NCBI RefSeq assembly: GCF_963921235.1
Contig: NC_086097.1
Span: 247,568,001 to 247,632,000 of the forward strand
From: Mobula hypostoma
Lineage: Eukaryota
Length of the DNA: 64,000 nt
Direction: 5' to 3'
The notes beneath the pieces are model-generated. The model did not search any database. It was given only the letters and a program-made list of their open reading frames with translations, and was not told where the DNA came from. Made by a program: the position numbers and the translations under genes. Below are positions 11,056-23,256 of this stretch, piece after piece; the first letter of the stretch is position 1, and every line of letters starts with the position of its first letter.

Positions 11056-14000
11056 AACGGATTGGAATGGATATGATATGTATTTAATTAAAAACATCAT
11101 TGACTGTGTTGTGAAACCACTGACTCATATTTGTAATCAGTCTTTGATTGCTGGAAAATTTCCCAATAAAATGAAAATAGCCAAGGTCATTCCAATACAC
11201 AAAGCTGGAGATACACATGTATTTTCAAATTATAGACCAGTTTCTTTGCTCTCACAGTTTTCCAAAATATTGGAAAAAGTATTTGTAAGAAGGTTAAATG
11301 ATTTCATAACAAAACATAATATACTCTGTGAACAGCAATATGGTTTCAGAAAAAAACAGAACCACTACAATAGCATTAATAGAGTTTGTAGAAGAAATAT
11401 CAAACGCTATAGAAAGAAATGAATACACAGTGGGAATATTCCTTGATCTAAAAAAAGCATTTGACACCATTGACCATAAATTATTATTAACAAAATTAGA
11501 GAGATATAGTATTAGAGGGGTGGCACTTGATGGTTTAGGTAGTTATTTGGAAGACAGGTATCAGTATGTACGTATAAATAACTCAAACTCAAAACTCTTC
11601 AGAGTAACATGTGGGGTTCCACAAGGTTCAGTGCTTGGTCCATTGCTGTTCATTTTGTATAGAAACGATAAATGTATGGTCTCTCAGACATTAAAATGTA
11701 TATTATTTGCTGATGATACAACTATATTTTGTAATGGGGAACATCTGAAACAAAAGACAGCTGAAAGTAGATATAGGACCAATAGAAAATGATGCTGGAG
11801 AAATTGTAATGGGAGATAAGGAGATGGCAGAGGAACTGAACGAGTATTTTGCATCAGTCTTCACTGAGGAAGACATCAGCAGTATACCGGACACTCAAGG
11901 GTGGCAGGGAAGAGAAGTGAGCGCAGTCACAATTACGACAGAGAAAGTACTCAGGAAGCTGAATAGTCTAAAGGTCGATAAATCTCCTGGACCAGATGGA
12001 ATGCACCCGTGTGTTCTGAAGGAAGTAGCTGTGGAGATTGCGGCGGCATTAGCAATGATCTTTCAAAAGTCAATAGATTCTGGCATGGTTCCAGAGGACT
12101 GGAAGATTGCAAATGTCACTCCGCTATTTAAGAAGGGGGCAAGGAAGCAAAAAGGAAATTATAGACCTGTTAGCTTGACATCCGTGTTTGGGAGTTGTTG
12201 GAGTCGATTGTCAAGGATGAGGTTACAGAGTACCTGGACGCATATGACAAGATAGGCAGAACTCAGCATGGATTCCTTAAAGGAAAATCCTGCCTGACAA
12301 ACCTATTACAATTTTTTGAGGAAATTACCAGTAGGCTAGACAAGGGAGATGCAGTGGATGTTGTATATTTGGATTTTCAGAAGGCCTTTGACAAGGTGCC
12401 ACACATGAGGCTACTTAACAAGATAAGAGCCCGTGGAATTACGGGAAAGTTACATACGTGGATAGAGCGTTGGCTGATTGGCAGGAAACAGAGAGTGGGA
12501 ATAAAGGGATCCTATTCTGGTTGGCTGCCGGTTACCAGTGGTGTTCCACAGGGGTCAGTGTTGGGGCCGCTTCTTTTTACATTGTACATCAACGATTTGG
12601 ATTATGGAATAGGTGGCTTTGTGGCTAAGTTTGCTGACGATACAAAGATAGGTGGAGGGGCCGGTAGTGCTGAAGAAACGGAGAGTCTGCAGAGAGACTT
12701 GGATAGATTGGAAGAATGGGCAAAGAAGTGGCAAATGAAATACAATGTTGGAAAGTGTATGATTATGCACTTTGGTAGAAGTAATAAACGGGCAGACTAT
12801 TATTTAAATGGGGAAAGAATTCAAAGTTCTGAGATGCAACAGGACTTGGGAGTCCTTGTACAGGATACCCTTAAGGTTAACCTCCAGGTTGAGTCGGTAG
12901 TGAAGATGGCGAATGCAATGTTGGCATTCATTTCTAGAGGAATAGAGTATAGGAGCAGGGGTGTGATATTGAGGCTCCATAAGGCGCTGGTGAGACCTCA
13001 CTTGGAGTACTGTGGGCAGTTTTGGTCTCCTTATTTGAGAAAGGATGTGCTGACATTGGAAAGGGTACAGAGAAGATTCACTAGAATGATTCCGGGAATG
13101 AGACGGTTAACATATGAGGAAGGTTTGTCCGCTCTTGGACTGTATTCCTTGGAGTTTAGAAGAATGAGGGGAGACCTCATAGAAACATTTCGAATGTTGA
13201 AAGGCATGGACAGAGTTGATGTGGCAAAGTTGTTTCCCACGATGGGGGAGTCTAGTATGAGAGGGCATAACTTAAGGATTGAAGGACGCCCATTCAGAAC
13301 AGAAATGCGAAGAAATTTTTTTAGCCAGAGGGTGGTGAATCTATGGAATTTGTTGTCACTGGCAGCAGTGGAGGCCAAGTCATTGGGTGTATTTAAGGCA
13401 GAGATTGATAGGTATCTGAGTAGCCAGGGCATCAAAGGTTATGGTGAGAAGGCGGGGGAGTGGGACTAAATGGGAGAATGGATCAGCTCATGATAAAATG
13501 GCATAGCAGACTCGATGGGCTGAATGGCCGTCTTCTGCTCCTTTGTCTTATGGTCTTACGGTCTAACTACTGGATACAGTGAAGAAAGAACTAAGAATTA
13601 TAAAGAAATGGCTTGATACTAACAAATTATCACTGAATCTAAGTAAAACTAAATATATAATATTTGGAAACCGTGTACCAAACTCATATAGTAAACTTAG
13701 AATAAATGATGTTGAAATTGATAAGGTATTTGAAACACAATTTTTAGGAGTGGTAATATATAATAAATTAAGTTGGAAACCACATATAAATTATGTCAAA
13801 GCAAAAATGTCAAAATCTATTGCAATACTGTACAAAATGCAAGATTTCTTAAATCAGGGATCTTTGTATACATTATACTGTTCACTTATAGTCCCATACA
13901 TGACTTACTGTGTAGAGGTATGGGGAGATACATACAAAACAAATACAAACTCAATTTTTTTACTCCAAAAGAAAGTCATACGAATTGTAAATAAGACAAG

Positions 14001-14625
14001 TTATTATGAGCCAACCAATCCACTATTTATTCAACTAAACACTTTAAAATTCAGAGATTTCATAGATTTTTAAATAGTACAAATTATGTATACAGTAAAA
14101 AATGGACAGTTACCACAAAGTATTCAAAGGTTGTTTAAAATGAGAGAAAGTCAACATGATTTGAGAGGAACATGCATATTACAAAAACAAAGGATAAGAA
14201 CAAATGTGAAAAATCATTGTATTTCAGTCAGAGGGGTGAATCTATGGAACAGTTGTAGTGAGAATTTAAAAACATGCACCACACTTAACAAGTTTAAAAA
14301 ATATTTTAAAATAATTTAATGAACAATTATAAAATACATGATTTAAAATGAATGGGAGTAATGTAAATAAATGACACTTGGAATTGGATTTTGTGTTAAA
14401 AGATTATGAAATTTTTTGTTTTGATGTGACTATTGACTCCAAATATGTTGTTGTATAAGTAAGAGGGGTAGGCGTAATAAGCTGTAGCTTCAGTCTACAC
14501 CCTTTCGGTCTGTTTTAAAGAATATTCATGTTTTTTGTTGTAATTTTGTCTTATGAAATCATCGTTGAAAATGATGCTTTTTGTTACGTTTGTGCTGACC
14601 GAAATAAATTTCATTCATTCATTCA
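11056..14625 (+). mobile_element. AT-rich CR1/L2-group LINE (Crack/Daphne-like), 5'-truncated, frameshifted; split by a CR1 at 11753-13564
   Basis: KIAKVIPIHKAG..NYRPVSLL, QQYGFRK, LDLKKAFDTIDH, GVPQGSVLGP, LFADDT, YMTYCVEVWG; (TTCA)n tail at ~14610-14625. Confidence 0.8.
11753..13564 (+). mobile_element. CR1 LINE, 5'-truncated, one frameshift
   Basis: ORFs 11809-12255 and 12195-13469 (RT motifs, KFADDTK); (GGTCTTAT)n tail. Confidence 0.95.
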
Positions 14626-15158
14626 TCATTCTTTGGCTAAAGAAATTTCTCCTCATCTCCATTCTAAAAGGACACCCCTCTATCCTGAGGCTGTCTCTTT
14701 TAGACTCTCTCACCATAGGAAACATCCTCTCAACATTCACTCTATCGAGGCCTTTAACCATTCGATAGGTTTCAATGAGGTCACCCCTCGTTCTTCTGAG
14801 TTCCAGTGAATACAAGACCAGAGCCATAAAATACTCCTCATGTGACAAGCCATTCAACCCTGGATTAATTTTCGTGAACCTCCTTTGAACCCTCTCCAGT
14901 TTCAGCACATCCTTTCTAAGGTAAGGGGCCCAAAACTGCTCACAACACTCCAAGTAAGTCCTCGCCAGTGCTCTATAAAGTCGCAACAGACCTATTGTCT
15001 CAGCTTGCTCCTGCCCCACCGAACTCGTTTCTGCATACCTCGACACTGTTTTATCACCCCTTGTTCAATCCCTTCCGACCTATGTTCGTGACACTTCTCA
15101 CGCTCTTAAACTTTTCGATGATTTTAAGTTCCCTGGCCCCCACCGCTTTATTTTCACC

Positions 15159-16520
15159 TTGGATGTCCAGTCCCTATATACTTCCATCCCCCATCAGGAA
15201 GGTCTCAAAGCTCTACGCTTCTTTTTGGATTCCAGACCTAATCAGTTCCCCTCTACCACCACTCTGCTCCGTCTAGCAGAATTAGTCCTTACTCTTAATA
15301 ATTTCTCCTTTTGCTCCTCCCATTTCCTCCAAACTAAAGGTGTAGCTATGGGCACCCGTATGGGTCCTAGCTATGCCTGCCTTTTTGTTGGGTTTGTGGA
15401 ACAATCTATGTTCCGTGCCTATTCTGGTATCTGTCCCCCACTTTTCCTTCGCTACATCGACGACTGCATTGGCGCTGCTTCCTGCACGCATGCAGAACTC
15501 GTTAACTTTATTAACTTTGCCTCCAACTTTCACCCTGCCCTCAAGTTTACCTGGTCCATTTCTGACACCTCCCTCCCCTTTCTAGATCTTTCTGTCTCTG
15601 TCTCTGGAGACAGCTTATCCACTGATGTCTACTATAAGCCGACTGACTCTCACAACTATCTGGACTATTCCTCTTCTCACCCTGTCTCTTGCAAAAACGC
15701 CATCCCCTTCTCGCAATTCCTCCGTCTCCGCCGCATCTGCTCTCAGGATGAGGCTTTTCATTCTAGGACAAGGGAGATGTCTTCATTTTTTAAAGAAAGG
15801 GGCTTCCCTTCCTCCACTATCAACTCTGCTCTTAAACGCATCTCCCCCATTTCACGTACATCTGCTCTCACTCCATCCTCCCACCACCCCACTAGGAATA
15901 GGGTTCCCCTGGTCCTCACCTACCACCCCACCAGCCTCCGGGTCCAACATATTATTCTCCGTAACTTCCGCCACCTCCAACGGGATCCCACCACTAAGCA
16001 TATCTTTCCCTCCCCGCCTCTCTCTGCATTCCGCAGGGATCGCTCCCTACACAACTCCCTTGTCCATTCGTCCACCCCATCCCTCCCCACTGATCTCCCT
16101 CCTGGCACTTATCCGTGTAAGCGGAACAAGTGCTACACATGCCCTTACACTTCCTCCCTTACCACCATTCAGGGCCCCAAACAGTCCTTCCAGGTGAGGC
16201 ATCACTTCACCTGTGAGTCGACTGGGGTGATATACTGCGTCCGGTGCTCCCGATGTGGCCTTTTATATATTGGTGAGACCCGACGCAGACTGGGAGACCG
16301 CTTTGCTGAACATCTACGCTCTGTCCGCCAGAGAAAGCAGGATCTCCCGGTGGCCACACATTTTAATTCCACATCCCATTCCCATTCTGACATGTCTATC
16401 CACGGCCTCCTCTACTGTAAAGATGAAGCCACACTCAGGTTGGAGGAACAACACCTTATATTCCGTCTGGGTAGCCTCCAACCTGATGGCATGAACATTG
16501 ACTTCTCTAACTTCCGCTAG
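15159..16520 (+). CDS. PLE reverse transcriptase (partial) plus GIY-YIG endonuclease, 453 aa open
   Basis: DVQSLYTSIP, GVAMGTRMGPSYA, RYIDD, FLDL, YYKPT; C-terminal CxxxxCxxC and GVIYCVRCSRCGLLYIGET..RFAEH..EQHLI..GMN. Confidence 0.9.
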   Translation: MDVQSLYTSIPHQEGLKALRFFLDSRPNQFPSTTTLLRLAELVLTLNNFSFCSSHFLQTKGVAMGTRMGPSYACLFVGFVEQSMFRAYSGICPPLFLRYIDDCIGAASCTHAELVNFINFASNFHPALKFTWSISDTSLPFLDLSVSVSGDSLSTDVYYKPTDSHNYLDYSSSHPVSCKNAIPFSQFLRLRRICSQDEAFHSRTREMSSFFKERGFPSSTINSALKRISPISRTSALTPSSHHPTRNRVPLVLTYHPTSLRVQHIILRNFRHLQRDPTTKHIFPSPPLSAFRRDRSLHNSLVHSSTPSLPTDLPPGTYPCKRNKCYTCPYTSSLTTIQGPKQSFQVRHHFTCESTGVIYCVRCSRCGLLYIGETRRRLGDRFAEHLRSVRQRKQDLPVATHFNSTSHSHSDMSIHGLLYCKDEATLRLEEQHLIFRLGSLQPDGMNIDFSNFR

Positions 16521-16813
16521 GCCCCACCTCCCCCTCGTACCCCATCTGTTACTCTTTTTAATGCACACATTCTTTCTCTCACTCTCCTTTTTCTCCCTCT
16601 GTCCCTCTGAATATACCTCTTGCCCATCCTCTGGGTCACCCCCCCCCCGTCTTTCTTCCCGGACCTCCTGTCCCATGATCCTCTCGTATCCCCTTCTGCC
16701 TATCACCTGTCTAGCTCTCGGCTCCATCCCTCCCTCTCCTGTCTTCCTCTATCATTTTGCATCTCCCCCTCCCCCTCCAGCTTTCAAATCCCTTACTCAC
16801 TCTTCCTTCAGTT

Positions 16814-16849
16814 AGTCCTGACGAAGGGTCTCGGCCTGAAACGTCGACT
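16814..16849 (+). ncRNA. Minimal type-I hammerhead ribozyme motif (PLE); predicted cleavage after C16845
   Basis: AGTC CTGACGA A GGGT CTCG GCCT GAAA CGTC GACT. Confidence 0.8.
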
Positions 16850-17921
16850 GCGCCTCTTCCTATAGATGCTGCCTGGCCTGCTGCGTTCACCAGCAACTTT
16901 GATGTATGATCCTTGCATTTATATTCTATTCCTCTTGAAATGAATGTTAACATTGCTTTTGCCTTCTTCACCACAGACTCAACCTACAAATTAACCTTCA
17001 GGGAATCTTGCATAAGAACTCCCAAGTCCCTTTGCGCCTCAGTTTTTTGTATTTTCTCTCCATTTAGAAAATAGTCAACCCTTTCATTTATTCTACCAAA
17101 GTGCATGATCATACTCTTTCTGACACTGTATGCCATCTGCCAACTTCTTTGCTCGTTCTCCTAATCTAAGTCCTTTTGTAGCCTCTCTATTTCCTCAAAA
17201 ACCTGCCCCTCCACCTATCTTCATATCATCTGCAAACCTTGCAACAAAGCCATCAATTCCATCACCTAAATCATTGAAATATAATGTAAAAAGAATTGGT
17301 CCTAAACAGATCCCTGTGGAACACAAGTCACCGGCAGCCAGCCAGAAAAGGCTCCCTTTATTCCCACTCTTTGCCTTCTGCCAATCAGCCACACTTTATC
17401 CATGTTAGAATCTTTCCTGTAATACTATGGGCTTGTTGCTTGTTAAGCAGCTGTGTATGTGGTACCTTGTCAAAGGCCTTCTGAAAATCCAAGTTTACAA
17501 CATCAACCGATTCTCCTTTGTCTATCCTGCTTGTTATTTCTTCAAAGAATCCTAAAGATTTGTCAGACAAGATTTTCCCTTGAGGAAACCATGCTGAGTA
17601 GAGTGACATTTGCAATTTTCCAGTCTCCAGAACCTTTACAGAATCTAGTGCTTCTTGAAAGATCATTACTGACGCCTCTATGATCTCTTCAGAACTCTGG
17701 GGTGTACTCCATCTGGTCCAGGTGACTTATCTGCCTTCAGATCTTTCAGTTTTCTAAGAACCTTCTCTCTAGTTATGGTAACCTCACACACTTCATGCCC
17801 TGACACCTGGAACTTCCTGCATTCTGCTAGTATCTTCCACAGTGAACACTGATGCAGAATACTTACTCAGTTTGTCCACCTTTTTGTTGTCCCCCATTAC
17901 CACCTCTCCAGCATAGTTATC

Positions 17922-19638
17922 CTGTGGTGCTGGAAAGTTTGTGAACTCTGTAGAATTGTCTCTATTTCTGCATAAATATGACCTAAAATGTGATCAGACC
18001 TTCATGTAAGTCCTGAAACTAGATAAAGAGAACCCAATTAATAAATAACACAAAAAACATCATACTTGTTCATTTATTTATTGAGAAAATGATCCAATAT
18101 TACATATATATATTGGAAAAAGTATGTGAACCTCTGGGGCAATACCTTCTATAAAAGCTATTTGGAGTCAGGTGTTCCAATCAGTGAGATGAGATTGGAG
18201 GTGTGCGTTGTAGAGGTGCCCTACCCTATAAAAAAGACACGCCAAGTTAGGTTACTGACAGAGCCTGTTCTTCTCAAAAAAGTTCTGTTCATGTGCACCA
18301 TGCCTCTATCAAAACATTTTTCAGAAGACCTTAAAAGAAGAATTGTATAAGTGCATGAAGCTGGAAAAGGTTACACACCAGGCCATCAGACTGATTAATT
18401 CATGCTGATACAATTGTATTTCTATGCTATGTTGACTGTCCTATTGTAGATACCATTTATTACAAATTACTATGATTTGCACAGTATCTATTTAGACAGA
18501 GACGTAACATAAAGATTTTTCCTCCTCATGTATGAGAATGATGTAAGTAATAAAGTCAATTCAATTCAAAAGCATTTCTAAAGACCTGAGTGTTCATCAG
18601 TCCACATTAAGAGAGATTGACTACAAATGGAGGAAACTCAGTACTGTTGCTTCTCTCCCTAGGAATGGGCATCCTGCTAAGATCACAACAAGAGAACAAT
18701 GTGCAATGCTGAAGGAGGTGAAATGACCCGCAGAAACCTCTAGAACCTGCTAAAGTCTCTATTCATTTGTCTACTGTAAGAAAAAATCTGAACAAGAATG
18801 GTGATTGTAGAAGGACACCATGGAGGAAACCGCTGCTCTCCCAAAAAAAAACATTGCTGCACTTCTCAAGTTTGCAAAAGCCCACGATGCTTCTGGGACA
18901 ATGTTCTGTGGACAGAAGTTGAACTTCTCGGCAGAAGTGCACATTGCAATGTTTGGAGGAAAATTGGCACCACACACCAACACCAAAACCTCATCTCAAC
19001 TGTGAAGCATGGTGGAAGGAGCATTATGATTTGGAGCTGCTTTGCTGTCTCAGAGCCAGGACAGCCTGTAGTCATTGAGGGAACAATGGATTCAAAATTG
19101 TGTCAAGATATTTTACAGGAGAGTGTCAGGTTAGCAGTCCATCACCTGAAGCTTAATAGAAGTTGGATAATGCAACAAGACAAGATCCAAAAGGCAAGAC
19201 TAAATCAACAATAGAATGGTTTAAAAAGAAGAAAATTCGTGTTTTGGAATGGCCGAGTCAAAGTCCTGACCTTAATCCCATTGAAATATTGTGGAAGAAC
19301 CTGACGCAAGCAGTTCATGCAAAGAAGCCCACCAACATTTATAAGGAGGAACGGCCTAAAATTCCTCCAAGCCAATGTGCAGGACTGATCAACAGTTACT
19401 GGAAAAGTTTGGTTAAAACTATTGCTGTACAAGGGGGTCACACCAGTTACTGAAAGCAAAGGTTCACATACTTTTTCCAAAAAATACGTTTCTCAATAAA
19501 TAAATTAACAAGTATAATTTTTGTGTCATTTATTTAATTGGGTTCTCTTTATCTAGATTTAGGAGTAAAATCTGATCACATTTTAGGTCATATTTATGCA
19601 GAAATAGAGAAAATTCGACGGGGTTTACAACACCACTG
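17922..19638 (+). mobile_element. Tc1/mariner DNA transposon (IR/DR type, ~200-bp TIRs), transposase pseudogene ~18300-19453
   Basis: Long imperfect TIRs (CTGTGGTG.. / ..CACCACTG-TA); peptides STVKHGGRSIMIWSCF, MQQD, WPSQSPDLNPIE. Confidence 0.92.
18375..18568 (+). mobile_element. Rex1-like 3' end inserted in the Tc1 transposase
   Basis: CAGGCCATCAG.. 3'UTR like 2090-2316 with (AATTC)n tail; the transposase rejoins as GGTTAC|AAAAGC. Confidence 0.75.
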
Positions 19639-20256
19639 TAAACTCTTGCACTCTTTCATATCTTATGTATCTGAAAAAATGCCTGGTATCCACTTTAATA
19701 TTATTAGCTAGCTTACTTTCGTATTCCACCTTCGCCTTCTTAATGACTTTTTTAGTTGCTTTCTGTTTGTTATTAAAGGCTTCACAATCCCCTAACTTTC
19801 CCCTATTTTTTGCTCTTTTATATGCTCTTCCTTTGGCTTTTATGTCAGCTGATTTTCCCAATCTAGCTGCATATTGAAATCCCCCATGACGATGGTAACA
19901 TTGTCCTTTAAGTATGCATTTTCTATTTCCCACTGTAATTGTAGGCCACATCCTTACTACTACTTGGAGGTCTGTAAACAACTCCCATCATTTTTACCTT
20001 TGCGGTTCCTTAGCTCTATCCACAATGATACAACACCATCTGACCCAACACTGTGCTGCAAGTTCATCCATCTTATTCAGTATACTGCGTGCATTCAAAG
20101 TACTGTATTCACCCTTTTCGATCTTGTTCACCTTTTACATTGCAACTCATCTTGTTGACTTCAATTTTGCTCGATCAACAGCTTCTCCTCACTGCACATT
20201 GCCCCTGTTTGTAAACCAGCTACCTCATCTTCAACATTATTATCTACCTTTGTGTT

Positions 20257-20456
20257 GGGCACGTAGCCAAGTGGTTAAGGCGTTCATCTAGTGATCTGAA
20301 GGTCGCTAGTTCGAGCCTCAGCTGTGGCGGCATGTTTGTGTCCCTGAACAAGGCACTTAATCACACATTGCTCTAGTGTCTGTGCGAGGAGTGGTACCCC
20401 ACACAGACTTCCAATCTGCGCCTTGTAAGGCATGAAAATGCCCGACGCAGGCCTCA
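20257..20456 (+). mobile_element. tRNA-derived SINE
   Basis: A-box TAGCCAAGTGG (20264-20274), B-box GTTCGAGCC (20309-20317); shares GTGTCC(C/T)TGA(A/G)CAAGGCACTTAATCACACATTGCTCT with 53121-53427. Confidence 0.8.
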
Positions 20457-20680
20457 GTCGACGTTCCCTCCCCCCCACCCCCGCCTTCCTATGATATCTG
20501 TTGCATTGAAGTACAGGTAACTTGGGACACTAGTCACACCATGCTCAACCCTTTGATTCCTAACTTTGTCTGAGGTCTTACCAACATCTGCCTCCACAAC
20601 CTCTCCACTAACTGTTCTGGTACTCTGGATCCCATCCCTCTCCAACTCTAGTTTAAACCCCACTGTGCAGCATTAACAAG

Positions 20681-21480
20681 TCATCCCGCTGGGATATTAG
20701 TCCTCCTCCAGTTCAGGTACAAACCATCCCTCCTGTACAGGTTCAACCTTCCCTGGAAAAGATCCCAATGATCCAAAAATCTTATGTCCTCCATCCTGCA
20801 CCAACTCCTTAGCCACGTATTAAACTGTATAATCTTCCTAGTATTGGCCTCACTGGTGTGTGGCATGGGTAGCAATCCTGAGGTCATGACCCTGGAGGTC
20901 CTGCCCTTTAACTTAGCACCTAACTCCCTGAACTCCCTGTGCTGAACCTTGTCACTTATAGTACCCATGTCATTGGTACCCCCGTGGACCATGACTTCTG
21001 GTTATTCACCCTCTCATTTAAGAACGCTGAGGACTCGATCTGAGATATCCCGGACGCTGGCACACGGGAGGCAACATAACATCCAGGAATCTTGTTCTCG
21101 CCCACAGAACCTCCCGTCCGTTCCCCTACCTAAAGAATCCCAATTCACCACTGCGTGCCTCTTCTCTCCTCTTCCCTCCTGAATCACAGAGGAAGACTCA
21201 CCCACTGTGACTTTCCTCTGTTAGGTCATTTTCCCCTCCCTGACTGTATCCAAAGTGATATACCTGTTGTTAAGGGGAATGGCCACAGGGTGTAACTACC
21301 TCTCAATATGTCCTATCTATCACCCCTTCAGCCTCCTGAATGATCTGGAGTTCATCCAGTTCCTGCTCCAACTCCTTAACCCAAAGTGTTGGAAGCTGCA
21401 GCTGAAAGCACTTCTTGCAGTTGTAGTAATCAGGGACAGTGGAGGCCTCCTTGCCTTCCCACATCCCACAAGAGGAGCTG
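20681..21480 (-). pseudogene. CR1 ORF1 remnant: zinc-finger/leucine zipper plus SGNH/GDSL esterase domain
   Basis: SSCGMWE..NCKKC, AVVNWDSLGRG, VHGGTNDMG, SGLLP, RRDGLYLN across broken frames. Confidence 0.8.
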
Positions 21481-21735
21481 AGCAGATATTAAAGAAGGGA
21501 GTTTAAAAAATTAGCTTTTTTTCCCTTTGCTTTCGCTGAGTGAAACCTCTCTTCGTTGAAGCCTCAAGCAGATAAAGCCTTAAGTCCACCACTCTCACTC
21601 TGTCCACTCTGACGACAGCCGCTGCAATGACAGACACTGTGCTCGCCCCTGCCTTCCTTTAATTTGCTCTTACTAATCAATCCCAAATGCTGACTGGTTG
21701 CCGGTCAAAGCTCTATTATGATGCCGCGACTCGCT

Positions 21736-22470
21736 CCTTTATACTTTATACTTTATTGTCGCCGAACAATTGATACTAGAACGTACGATCATCACAGTGA
21801 TATTTGATTCTGTGCTTCCCGATCCCTGGAGTACAAATCAATAGTAACTATTAAAAATTTAAATTATAAATCATAAATAGAAAATAGAAAAATGGGAAGT
21901 AAGGTAGTGCAAAAAAACCGAGAGGCAGGTCCGGATATTTGGAGGGTACGGCCCAGATCCGGGTCAGGATCCGTTCAGCAGTCTTATCACAGTTGGAAAG
22001 AAGCTGTTCCTAAATCTGGCCGTACTAGTCTTCAAGCTCCTGAACCTTCTCCCGGAGGGAAGAGGGACGAAAAGTGTGTTGGCTGGGTGGGTCGTGTCCT
22101 TGGCAGCACTGCTCCAACAGCGTGCGGTGTAAAGTGAGTCCAAGGATGGAAGATTGGTTTGTGTGATGTGCTGGGCTGTGCTCACAATCTTCTGCAGCTT
22201 CTTCCGGTTTTGGACAGGACAACTTCCATACCAGGTTGTGATGCACTCTAGAAGAATGCTTTCTACGGTGCATCTATAAAAATTAGTGAGGGTTTTAGGG
22301 GACAGGCCAAATTTCTTTAGTTTTCTCAGGAAGTAAAGGCGCTGGTGGGCCTTCTTGGCAGTGGACTCTGCTTGGTTGGTCCAAGTCAGGTCATTTCTGA
22401 TATTGATCCCGAGAAACTTAAAGCTTTTGACCTGTTCCACTTGCGCACCACTGATGTAAATTGGGTCCTG
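21736..22470 (-). mobile_element. Rex1-like LINE 3' part
   Basis: ORF 21964-22548 VKSFKFLG..QRLYFLRKLKK..ARFRNSFFPTVIRLLN; (ATAAAGT)n tail. Confidence 0.85.
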
Positions 22471-22787
22471 CCTTTTATCCTCAGACAGTGGACCTGATTG
22501 AAGTCCCCTCCTCTCCAAACTTCCAATGTCCAGATTGGCACCAGACAAAGCTCAATTACATACAGATACTCTTTCACCTAGTGTCACTTCATGTATATAC
22601 AATCAATCTATGTTATGTGTTTATATTTACTGTGCTTTTTTATTATAGTGTTCTTCATCTGATTCATCAGACCTGGAGTAACAATGGTTTTGTTTTTTAC
22701 ACTCTTGTACTGGAAATGACATTAAACAATTTTGAATGTTGAGTCTTGAATCTTGTTTCAGCAGCCTGATGGCGGAAAGGTAATCGC

Positions 22788-22960
22788 CAATGATCATCAT
22801 TATCATTAGGTTCCGTCTCCTATGACGTGGGCGATGATGTTCCCATCACCATGCTTGTTCTGGCCAGAAGTGGTTTGTCATTGCCTTCTTCTGGGCAGTG
22901 TCTTTACAAGATGATTGACCCCAGCCGTTGTCTGCCTGGTGGCAGAGGTCATACAACCAG
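22788..22960 (-). mobile_element. RTE (Bov-A-like) derived SINE fragment
   Basis: GAAGAAGGCAATGACAAACCACTTC motif and (ATG)n-like tail shared with 38678-39152. Confidence 0.7.
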
Positions 22961-23256
22961 AGCCGCTCAGACAACCATCCACCAAGAATCATCAATACCA
23001 TGAAAGTTACGGATGATGTCTTCTCTATGGACATGGGTAAATCAGAGACCACGTTACAGGTCTGTGCATCTGAGTTCTGTGGCCAAGAACTGAAAGCCTG
23101 GAAGCAGCCTATCTTTGGAGGACTGCCTGTTATTGTTAATGGGTAGGAGGCTGGGAAGGGGCTTGTTTTGCTGTTGTTCTGTTGTTGTTGTTGTTTAAGC
23201 TGTTCTGCTGAACACTGTAGGCATGCTATCTTGCCGCTGGAATGTGTGGCGACTCT

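Larger units (their letters stand above)
14989..16905 (+). mobile_element. Penelope-like element, 5'-truncated, well preserved
   Basis: RT plus GIY-YIG ORF, then pyrimidine-rich terminal repeat with hammerhead; interrupts the CR1. Confidence 0.95.
10836..21735 (-). mobile_element. Old, probably full-length CR1 LINE fragmented by nested insertions (pieces ~10836-11055, 14626-14988, 16906-17921, 19641-20250, 20460-21735)
   Basis: Pieces are collinear: 3' tail, RT, linker, endonuclease remnants, ORF1, 5'UTR; the junctions rejoin across each insert. Confidence 0.75.

Noticed and set aside
20257..20330. tRNA gene (also 53355-53427)
   Set aside because: A/B boxes are present but there is no proper acceptor stem, and the sequence continues into a SINE body.
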